From Heterodontus francisci (lineage: Eukaryota): a DNA stretch of 64,000 nt. The notes under the pieces are model-generated. The model made no database searches. It saw nothing but the letters and a program-made list of their open reading frames with translations, and had not been told where the DNA came from. The stretch lies in the NCBI RefSeq assembly GCF_036365525.1, contig NC_090387.1:76569300-76633299 (forward strand). Direction: 5' to 3'. Made by a program: the position numbers and the translations under genes. Below, one piece after another: positions 50,450 through 61,281 of this stretch; the first letter of the stretch is position 1; every line of letters starts with the position of its first letter.

Positions 50450-52374
50450 CTCGGCCAAGTCTTTACCGGAATGGCCGCGGACCGAAATTTTTTCAACTCT
50501 CACTGGGCAACATCGAATCGTTTTCTGCAAGGAAAACTGCAAATTTTTCTGCAGATTGGTTGCTTAAAAAAATCGGTCCGCTTTGATTTAGTTACAATAA
50601 CATACAGTGTAAGGCGTTCTGCGGGAGGAAAAAAATCTCGCACTGAGAGTGGAAAGTAGTAATAATTTCCAGGCTCATGTCCAGGATACATTGGGGACAC
50701 TGTTAGCTGGACTAAACTGAAGAATGACAGGTATGAATAACATGGATACTCCTGTCCACGGGAGAGTGAAGAATGATTCATTTTCAAGGATGCCGGTGTA
50801 GGATTTGTTTCTCCCGGTCTGCGTAGACATGCCTGGAGATTTTTTCTGCTTGGGTACCTCGAGCGAAATGGTTGACAATGATGTTTTTACCACTTCGCTC
50901 CAGCTAGCAGATTCTCCCAAACTCAGGAGCAGATTCTCCCAAACTCCAGTCGGGGATCAGAAGCATTCTAAAGGGATAGGGGGTTATAACTGAATTATGA
51001 CATTCCGCCGAGTCCAGTTATTGCATGATTCTTGCCATCAGACGGTGCTGTAAATGAAAGATGAAGACTGTTACCGCGACCTATAATTGACACTGTTTAT
51101 ACTGAATGTATCTGCAGCTCTTTCTGTAATTTGTTTAGAAAAAGTTCTGACCAAACGTAAAACAGGCGGCGGATCCAACATCGTCCATTTTACTCAATGG
51201 CACATTTCTAGCCTGACAGGAATGATAGTGAATCGACAGCCCATGTTACATCTCGCCAACCTTTTATTTCCATTGATATCACCCGTTTTACCCTGTTGCA
51301 CAAAGTCAAAATTACTCCCAGTGGTCCTTAACTATTGTTGCAAACTAAAACAAACTGCAACTCATCGGCTGTCCAAACCCCTGTATTAACGGGTCATTTT
51401 GTTATATATATCGGAAGCTCGCGGGCCACGCATAAAGAATCACATTACCAAACACCGAAGTTCCAGGATTAAACATGAGAGAAATGCTTCCGTAAACGAA
51501 GTTACAAAAACTGTTTTAAGGTGTGCTGCTGCGGCTTTACTCCGGGAGTAACCTTCAAGAGGACGAGTCTCCCAATGGGGAAAGGTTTCAAGGGCTCGTC
51601 CATTGAATCTGGCTCCCCGAGTCTAACATTCCTCTGGTCTAAGTGAAACACATATTGGATTAGTCCAAAATCTAGAAAACAAAATCTCCGACCCCTGAAA
51701 AGTAATAGGAAGTAGTATTCAAATCGGAACATTTAGTATTCAAATGTTAAAACCTATAACCAGTCAACTTCGTGACAAATGCATTTTCCTCTCAAATTGT
51801 TTAACGGCCAATTCAAACCCAACTATTCACTTACATTAGTGTTTCAAACTTTGACGTGCTCCAGTGAAACAGCTCGAATGAGTAGATGTGCCAACTAATT
51901 GGGTAAGAAAATTCAAGGTCTAATTTTGGGACATTGGAACTTTAATTGTCGTTTGAATCAGAACCACATCAGGGACCAAGCCTGGGATTTAATTTGTGAT
52001 ACTGTGTCCTGTAATTTATGATCTTCACTAACAGCCATCATTTCTCACTTCCATTATTAGTTGGGATGTTGGTGTAGTTTGAATATAGTTTCACTGGTCT
52101 GATGTTAAACAGTACCCCCACCCCCACCCCGCTGGAAATGCAAAGAAGTTAACGATTTTTGTCCTGTCGTTTTCGTCAAAAGCCGTAACGTTCAGAATAT
52201 CTGGAGATGCAGAAAATTGACAGACCCAACAGTCAACCCAACAGCCTGTCTTTAGCCCATAGCACCAAGCTATTGTTTAATTAAAGGACGTTTCATATTG
52301 CTGAAAGTAAACTATTTGCAACATAAATTTACACAGATATTGTAACGGCCACCTAGTCGGTGTTAACATAAGAT

Positions 52375-55070
52375 AAGAGCATAAGAAATAAGAGTTGGAG
52401 TAGACCATTTGGCCCTTCGAGCCAGCTCTGTCACTTAAAAAGATTGTCGCTGATCTTCTACCCCAATTCCACTTTCCTGTATTAGCCCATTTTCCCTTCA
52501 TTCTCTTTGTTGCTGAAAATACACAGCCCTCTAGGGTACAGAATTCCAAAGATTCACAACCCTTTGAGTGAAGAAAATTCTCCTCATCTAAATCCTAAAT
52601 GGCCGACCCCTTATTCTGAGACTGTGACCCTGTGTTCCAGATTCCCCAGCCAGGGGAACCTTTTTCTGCCCTGTCAAGCCCCTTAAAAATGTATGTGTTT
52701 CAATGAGATTACCTCTCATTCTTCTAAATTGTAGAGAATATAGGATTTGCCTATTCAATCTCTCCCCATTGGACAATCCCCTCATCCCTTTGTGAGCCTT
52801 TGTTGCACTTCTCTAGGGCAAGTATCTCCTTCTTTGTGTAAGGAGACCAAAACTGCACAAAGTATTCCAAGTGTTACCTCACCAATGCCCTGTATAATTA
52901 TAGTAAGACTTCTTACTCTTATACTCCAATCCCTTTGTAACAAAAGCTAACATGCCATTTGACTTCCTAATTACTTGATGTACCTGCATATTAACTTTCT
53001 GTGATTCGTGAACAAGAACACCTAGGTTCCTCTGAATGCAAACATTTCCCAGTTTCTCGACATTCAAAAAAGTTTTGCTTTTTTAAAATTTTTCTATCAA
53101 AATGGATATCTTTACACTTCACTACATTGTATTCCATCTGCCACATTCTTGTCCACTCATCCAACTTGTCTATACCTCTCTGTAGCTTCTTTGCATTCTC
53201 CTAACTGCTTACTTTCCCACCTAACTTTGTATCATCAGAAAGCTTGGATACGTTATACTCAGTCCCCTCATCTAAGGCACTAATATATATTGTAAATAGC
53301 TGAGGCCTAAGTACTGATCTTTGCAGAACCCCACCAGTTACACTTTGCCAACTTGAAATTGTCCTGTTTATTCCTGCACTCTGTTTTCTGTCCATTAACC
53401 AATCTTCAATGCATGCTACTACCCCCAAATTCTATGAGTCCTAAATTTGTGTAATAAACTCTTGTGTGGCACCTAGTCAAATGATTTTTGAAAATCCAAA
53501 TACACATCACCTCTATCCATCTCCTTCGTTACTTCCTCAAAAAACCCTTACTGATTTGTTAAACAGAATTTCCCTTTCATAATTCTGTGTTGACTCTGCT
53601 TAATCATGTAATGATTTTCTAAGTGCCCTGTTACCACATCCCTGATAATAGATTCTAGCATTTTACCTATGACTGATGTTAGATTAACTGGCCCGTAGTT
53701 CCCTATTTTTTCCCTTTTTCCTTTCTTAAATAGCAGGATGCTACATTCCTGTCCCTGGAAACTGTTCTAGAATCTAAGGAATTCTGGAAGATCAAAATCA
53801 GTGCATCAACTATCTCTACAGCTACCTCTTTTAAAACCCTAGGATGCAGATTGTCAGGTCCGGGGATTTTTCACCTCTTAGTCCCATTAATTTCTCCAGT
53901 ACAATTTCTCTACGAATACTGATTTCTTTTAAGTTCCTCATTTTTGCTAAACCCTTGGTTCCCCATTATTTCTCGAATGTTTTTTGTTTCATCTATCGTG
54001 AAGACAAATACAAAGTATCTTTTTAATGTCTCTGCGATTTCCTTATTTTCCATTATATCACTTGTCTCTGCCTCGAATGGGCCACATTTACTTTCACTAA
54101 TCTCTATTTACATATCTATAGAGACATTTACAATCAGTTTTTATGTCTTTTGTTAGTGTGCGCTCATTCTCTTTTCTGTTTCCCTATCAAGTTCTTGGTC
54201 CTCCTTTGCTGAATTTTAATGTTGTTCCAATCTTCAGGCTTACTACTCGTTTTGGCAACATTACAAGACTCTTCCTTGATCTAATACTATTTTTAATTCC
54301 TCTTGTTATCCATGGTTGGACTACTTTTTGTATGGGGATTTTGGAATTTATATTTGTTGCAAATCATGTATTAATTCTTTAAATACTAACCATTGCATGT
54401 CTGCTGTCATATTTTTAATGTAGTTTTGCAATCTACCTTAGCCAACTTGCGCTCATACCTATGTACCTACATTAAGATTTAAGACCCTAGTTTCAGACTT
54501 GACTAAATCACTTTTAAACTCAATAGAAAATTCTGTCATATTATGACCACTATTTCCCAAAGTCCCATTTACTACAAGGTTATTAATTAACTCTTTCTCA
54601 TTGCACAATACAAGATCCAAAGTAGCCTATTCCCTAGTTGGTTCCTTGACATACTGATTTAGAAAACTATTTCTATACATTCCATAAATTTGCTCTCCAC
54701 ACTATTACTGCAAATTTGGTTTGACCAGTCTATAGGAAGGTTAAATTTTGAGATGATTGCTGTATTATCTTTATTACATGTGTCTCTAAGTTCATGATTT
54801 ATACTCTGCCCGACAATACAACTAATGTTAGGGCTCCTTTAAACAACTCCTACCAATGTTTTCTGCCCTTGCTGTTTCTTAGCTCCAGCCAAACCGATTC
54901 TACTTCTTGATTTTCTGAGCTAAGATCCTTTCTCTCTACTGTCTTTTTTCCCATCCTTTATTTAAGGGGCTACACCTCCTTTTCCACTTTATCAACCCCT
55001 TCTAAAAGTTAAGTATCTTGAATATTTAGTTCCTAACATTGGTCTCTTTGCAAGTACATCTCTGTAATGG
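52375..55070 (-). mobile_element. Old CR1 LINE fragment
   Basis: Minus ORF remnants WQSVTGGVLQRSVLRPQLF, KLSDDTKLGG, RRMRGNLIE; CR1 3' UTR. Confidence 0.85.
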
Positions 55071-55239
55071 CTATTAGATCAAATCTTTTAATTTCAATCT
55101 GTTTTTCTGCCCTTTATCCTAAATCTCTCACATTCAACCATATCTCTATATCCATATCTCTTTTTCCCTTTGGTTCTAGACTAATTTATTATAATTTCAT
55201 AAATTTGCTTTCATTGTAGATGGTGATGTTCTTAACAGC

Positions 55240-55570
55240 CATGGTTCAGTGCCAGCATTCTTGCGTGAGAGTTCAAGCAGCACTCCAGGGACTTCAGCAC
55301 ACAATCTAGGCTAAATCTTCAGTACAATAGTGATGGAGTGTTAAACTAAGTGCATGACTGCCCACTTGGGTGGAAGTAAATGTTCTCATGGCACTATTTA
55401 AAGAGCAGTATTGTTGTCCCAGTGTCCTGGATGACATTTATCCTTCAACCAATACCATCGAAAAATTACCTCATTACTGCTTGTGGGACTTACTGTGGAC
55501 AACTAGATTGTTGTGAATTTTGTTGGCAGCAAAGTGTTTTGTAACATTGTGAAAGATGCTAAGAAAATGA
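55240..55570 (+). mobile_element. Deu-domain SINE, diverged
   Basis: ATGGCACTATTTAAAGAGCAG...CCAGTGTCCTGG..ACATTTATCCTTCAACCAA. Confidence 0.7.
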
Positions 55571-56239
55571 AAGTTCAGCTTTGACAGTGATGTGCATTTC
55601 ATCTGAGAAGGGGAAACATTCAGATGAAAATATTTTAGCAGTTTAGCTCCTGACAAAATATTACATCACAGCCTTCTTTTTGTGATTCTGTATTTTTTTA
55701 AAAATGTGCTGATCAAGGTGCTGGAGAATGCAAATCTTCCCATTTAGGCACCCAGTGTTAGTATCAGGCACTTCTAGATCAGGTAAGGCCACTTATTCCC
55801 AGTCTTGTGAAGGTGCTTAAATAAAAATGAATTCAATTTTTTTTGTTTAGTTATAGAACCACAGAACTATAGAAAAATTATAACATAGAAGGAGGCCATT
55901 CAGCCCATCGTGTCTGTGCCGGCCAAATAAACTAGCCGCCCAATCTAATCCCACCTTCCAGCACCTGGTTGGTAGCCTTGCAAGTCACAGCTTTGCACAT
56001 CCCCAAGTCACAAGTGATACAAAGCAGAAAGATAAAATTAAGATGAAAAGGTAAAAGCTCAGAAAAACAGTCTGTAGTTGCATTGTAAGTATTAAAATGG
56101 GGGAATGAAAATTACTCTAGTCTTTGTGTTGCACATGCCAATATAGTAATAAATATTTCCTCTGATTGGTAATTCTAGGAAAATTGGAAAGAGTACATTT
56201 GCAATTATACTAGAAACTCTGACCAAAGAAAATCTTTCC

Positions 56240-56545
56240 TCTCATGGATGAATCTAGAATTAGTTTCAGAATAAGGGATTGCCCATTTAAGACGGAGAGG
56301 AGGAGGAATTTCTTCTCAGAGGGTTGTGAATCTTTGGAATTTTGTACTCCAGAGAGCTGTGGAGGCTGAGTCATTGAATATATTCAAGACTGAGAGACAG
56401 ATATTTGAACTATAGGGGAGTTGAGTGTTATGGGGAACAAGCTGAAAAGTGGAGTTGAGGCCAAGATCCGATCAGCCATGATCTTATTGAATGGTAGAAC
56501 AGGCTTGAGGTGCTGTATGGCCTACTCTTGCTCCTATTTCTTATG
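56240..56545 (+). mobile_element. Old CR1 3' end
   Basis: GAGGAGGAATTTCTTCTCAGAGGGTTGTGAATCTTTGGAATT...CAGCCATGATCTTATTGAATGG. Confidence 0.75.
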
Positions 56546-57754
56546 TTCAGCCATGTTGTACTTTGGGATATTGTGTACATGCTTAATGCATTTATATGAA
56601 ATAGACTCACACGAATGCACTTCCAGTGTTGCTGCACAGAGCAAACAGCATTCTTCTGCCTGCATGATCTCACAACTACTAAATCTATCAGTGGTTGAAG
56701 CAGATAGCATTGACACTTTTAAAGGAAGGGTTGATGCATAAATGAAGATGGGAATAGAAAGATATGGGGCAGGATGGGATGTGGTATTGTGAAGAATAAG
56801 CTAGCTTGGCTGAATGACCTGTTTCTGTACTGTAGATTCTAGTCCTGGGTCTTCTATTGCAGCAGCATGCACCAAATGTTGATATTGGCAATTATTATTC
56901 TTGTTGAAACAGTATTCTGAATAAAATGTCACAGTTAATTTAAAGTTTTTCTTGATCCCAATTAGAAATAACAATTATAGAATGGTTACAGCACAGGAGG
57001 AGGCTATTCAGTCCTTCGTGTCCATGCCGGCTCTCTGCAAGAGTGACTCAGCTTGTACCACAGCCCTGCCCTTACCCCGTAGCCCTGCAAAAAAATTTTG
57101 TTGAAAATTTCTACCAATTTAAACAAGCTAAATGCCACATTTTGTACACTAGTAGATTACAGCATTCACCATTATCATTCAGCTGTCCCTCTCTTATCTG
57201 TTCAACATCAATAGTGCTTAAACATCCAATGTGTTTGCCTGAACAATGAGTTTCAGGAAACATTACAACGAAGCCTAAATATATCCTGAATGGATATTCT
57301 CAGACGCTGCTGGGTGGCAATTTGAAGCATGGGCTAATTTTAATTTTCCCTTCCCAGCTCTGGGATGCTCAGCCAAATTGTAACTATTCAAGATAACACT
57401 GGCTAATCCCATATAGACCAGAAATTGAATCAATAAACAATACATTCACCCAATGTGTTCTTGGATAATCTACATTTTTGTATGCCATGTTACTACATGA
57501 CAATGTATTATGAAGACACCAAGTTTCTGTTGCTTTATTGCTTACGTGAGAATGTTCTGGGCATCCAGGCTCTGAAAATTGATACAACTTAATTCACAAT
57601 CACACCAGGAAGCAGTTTCTATGAACTGTGGAGCAGTTAAATATTCATAGATAAAGCATGACTACAATTTCGTTAAATGATGCCAAGAGGAATATATCAA
57701 TATTTTGTATTCAATATAGAAATCAGGAAATTTATTTTTTTTGTTTTTCTATAG

Positions 57755-58051
57755 CTTCTCCACATCCTCTGAAGATTTTACCAAAGTTTTTTGCAAATGG
57801 CTCTCTAACATGTTTATGTAAAACATCTGGGTTCTACCCTGCTGATTACACCATTGCTTGGCAGAAAGATGGTCAAAAGATTGTGGCTGGAGTAACGACA
57901 TTCAGAGAGAAGAATGCTGATGGACTATTTGAAGTTTCCAGTTATTTGCACGAGACACGGCCTGTTCAGATTGGGACTATTTATATCTGTGAGGTATCTC
58001 ACTCTACCCTCAAGAATCCAACATGGGTTAATTATACTGTCAGTAGTACAG
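57755..58051 (+). CDS. IgSF gene, C1-set exon
   Basis: ttctatag acceptor; CKTSGFYPADYTIAWQKDG, NADGLFEVSSYL, YICEVSHSTL (YxCxVxH C1 signature); donor G|GTAAGC, phase 1/1. Confidence 0.94.
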
Positions 58052-58671
58052 GTAAGCAAAAGACCTATTTAGCTGCAAAATTGTTGTATATCGTGGTTTC
58101 AGTGCATTTGGTAGGACAAGTTTTTGCATTGTAATAATGCCAAAAAAGGCGGAGAGTGCAATGCTGGTGATTTTGCAGAATGTGAGTTCAATGGAGGTGT
58201 TGAGACTGATGTACCAGCTGCAGCTGCTGAGCTCAGCAGTAGGATTTAACACTACTTCTAAAGCTTACTTTTACTCGATTTTTTTCCCCCTTCTTCTCTC
58301 TCTTCCTTTTCTGGGTGCACTGTGTCTTGCTGTTCTTCATATGTGATCAGGATGTGGAGACCACCACAAGCAGTCTACTTTTGTTCTCATCCTAAACACA
58401 CCCATGTGCACGCTCACACAGTCATTCCAGTAAGTATCACTGGAAATCAATCAGGAATTTATTTTACCCTCCTTGTAGCACATCAACAACTGATCTCTCT
58501 GGCTAACCTAGCACAGGCCAGGATTTGAACTTGAAACCTTTTGACTGATTTTTGACTGAACAACTGTAGTGAAAAGAGAGAAGATAAAAAAAGGGCAAAA
58601 ACAAAATAACACAAACAGAACTGACAATGCATTGTGATTTACAGTCAACAGTGGGTAGATGAACCACAGTC

Positions 58672-59080
58672 TATTTTATTCATTTACTGGATGTGGGCAT
58701 CACTAGCAATACTTATATCCATCCTAAATTGCCCTTGAAAGGATGGTGATGAGCCGCATGCTTGAATACATCTGAATGGTTTGCTAGGCGATAATAAGAC
58801 AGTTAAGAGTCAGCCACATTGCTGTGGGTCTTGAATCACATAAATATCAGACCAGGGAAGTATGGCAGATTTCCTTTCCTAAAGGAAATTAGTGAACCAG
58901 ATAGGTTTTTATGATAATCAGGTAGTTGCTTGGTTACCACTACTGATGCTAGCTTTTTGTTCCAGATTAAATTAACTAATTGAATTTAAATTCCCCATCT
59001 GCCATAGTGGTATTTGAACTCATGTCTCCAGTTTATTAGTCCAGGCCTATGGCTTACTAGATCAGTAACATAACCGCTAT
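58672..59080 (-). mobile_element. Older SINE-like derivative of the tRNA-headed LINE
   Basis: Diverged reverse-complement match to 23177-23559 with a longer 3' tail portion. Confidence 0.78.
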
Positions 59081-59589
59081 CCTGTCATCACTTATTGCCT
59101 CAGCCTGCCTGCTTGAGTAATTGAATTACAGATCTCAGATGATGAGTGCTGAGAGCCACAAGACAGAAATAACATGGCAATCTGTAGATAGTAATTATGA
59201 AAGATTATATTTAGTGTGAGAGTAACTGGGAAACACAGTTGTCTCACTATTCCATCAATTGTTTTCAAGCCATAAGAAAGTTACTTGTTAGTTGGTCAGT
59301 GAATGTTGTTCCTTTATGAGCTTAAGTGTGTACGCAGAGCTCTGTGTTCCACACTCTACATTGACCCTGAGCAAGCGGTGAAAACACGCTGACAAGTGGT
59401 TTCACTATTTGATATGCAGCAATTGTTGCAGGACAAAGGGGTCTTAAAGCAGATAATATTCCCAAAGTTAGAATGAATTCCCATTGGCAGTCGCCTCATG
59501 TTTTGTGTACTTATATGTTTTTTGCCCTAATGTCACCCCTTCCCCCACCACCTCTTTTCAAGACAATGACATTTGCCTCACCCCCAGTA

Positions 59590-59945
59590 CTTCATCCACA
59601 TGTGAGTTTAGACAGTGTCTGTCACCAATTTTTAACCATGGGAGCTATGCAACTCAACATGTACTGTCAGGTGTTCATAAGAGATTCCTTTGCACTTTTC
59701 AGAGAAGAGCAGGGTAGGTCTCCCTGTGTCCTGGTCAACATTTATCCATCACCTAACATTATAAAGAGATGAACTGGTCATTTATTTCATTTGTGTTTGT
59801 GGGATCTTGCTGTGCACAAATTGCCTGCCATGTTTCCAATATTATTACAGTGACTACAATTTCTAAAAAGTAATTAATTGGCTGTAAAACACTTTGAGAT
59901 GTCCCAAGGTTGTGACAGATGCTTGTATAAATGCAAGTTCTTTCA
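59590..59945 (+). mobile_element. Deu-domain SINE
   Basis: GAAGAGCAGGG..TCTCCCTGTGTCCTGGTCAACATTTATCC...GGGATCTTGCTGTGCACAAATTG...ATAAATGCAAGTTCTTTC. Confidence 0.8.
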
Positions 59946-60589
59946 TTAAACAGGACAGACAGAAAAAAAAGGATGCCAATAATCCAAATTAGCCATGTGA
60001 TTTCAATTAAATGTTAATTCAACGTTTTATGACTGTAATATGTGAAAATCAAGATATTGTGTTGTTGGACTAAAACACACTGTAGTAAGAGTTCAAGGAA
60101 CAAAAGCATTTTTAAAGATTTACCGTATTTAGCATTTCTCGTGTAATTGTTGTGTTCTTTACCAGCGTATTTACAATTTCTTTAGAAATTGCAACAACAG
60201 TTTCCACAAATACACTTATAAAGTTGTTGCTACGTTATAGCAAATGGAAAATTTCCCTCTCTCAATGTATCGATGCTTCAATTTACAATGTTTTATTACT
60301 GTTTTATCTTGGAAATATTTTTTAAATGTATGTGTTTGGGGGAGTTTAATTTCAAGCTCAACCAAGGTGAGTGGGTAAGATGCAGAGTAAAACATCCTTA
60401 ACTCCATGCTTAGAAGAGCACCATCAACTATACGTACGCCAATTTTCCATTCCTATTAGCCAACCTTGTGGATTGTTTGACTGATATAACCTATAAACTA
60501 CTTATTGCTAATCTGGACTGAATTTTGAACAGTTTTGACCCACGTCATCCAGGAACTGGATGAGATTCTCAAAGTCATTACACCTAAGG

Positions 60590-60906
60590 TAAAGCCTGGC
60601 TCGAGTATAAAATGAAAACCCGACTGGGCCTGACCCAACCACAGCCAGCTCGAACCCGACCGGGCCTGAGTCCTTCAATTTTTTTTCATGCCTGACCCAA
60701 CCCAAAAATATCAAACATGTTATTAATACAGAAAAATAAAACACATCAAAACGTAGATTAAAAAGGTATCAATACAAAACAAAACCTGACCACAGCCAAC
60801 CTGAACCTGACCCGAGCCGAGCCCGAATGCTGGACACTGAATATGGACCCGAACCCGACACACATAGTTGGGCTTGGTCAGGTTCGGGTTGGGTAGCCAG
60901 GTTTTA
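60590..60906. mobile_element. hAT-type MITE (317 bp)
   Basis: TIRs TAAAGCCTGGCT / AGCCAGGTTTTA, 8-bp TSD ACCTAAGG (60582-60589, 60907-60914), repeated subterminal ACCCGA/TGACCC motifs. Confidence 0.9.
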
Positions 60907-61170
60907 ACCTAAGGGTCACGAGGTGTAATTTTATGCATTTGGTAGTTCTGGCACAAACTTTTATGGCCCAGGCACAGTAATTGAAATATTGGGTGTGAAG
61001 GGTGGCATACTGTTTTTGTGCAGGGAGCTTAAATTCATCATATATATCTAGAGCCATCAGAATGAGTTGGTGTCTTAGAAAGTGAAGTAAGAACCTGCTA
61101 ACCTACTGTACCATCGTTTTCCTTCTGAAAGTGAATTACTTTATTTTTCTGATTTGTATGTGCCTTGCAG

Positions 61171-61281
61171 GCGATGGTTTCAGTGCCTCCTTTCCTTGGT
61201 GGATCTATCTCTGTGGAGCAATATCTCTACTACTTCTGATTATTTTGCTGGTACTTTGTTGTAAATTCTGTAAATGTAAAG
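61171..61281 (+). CDS. IgSF gene, transmembrane exon
   Basis: ccttgcag acceptor; GDGFSASFPWWIYLCGAISLLLLIILLVLCCKFCKCK; donor G|GTAAGG, phase 1/1. Confidence 0.88.

Noticed and set aside
50906-50947. Direct repeat AGCAGATTCTCCCAAACTC x2
   Set aside because: Simple local tandem duplication with no further structure
50500-51732. Minus-strand ORFs (50500-50920, 51502-51732) as a nested gene
   Set aside because: No recognisable domain and no consistent splice-phase chain; kept only as part of the CpG-rich region finding
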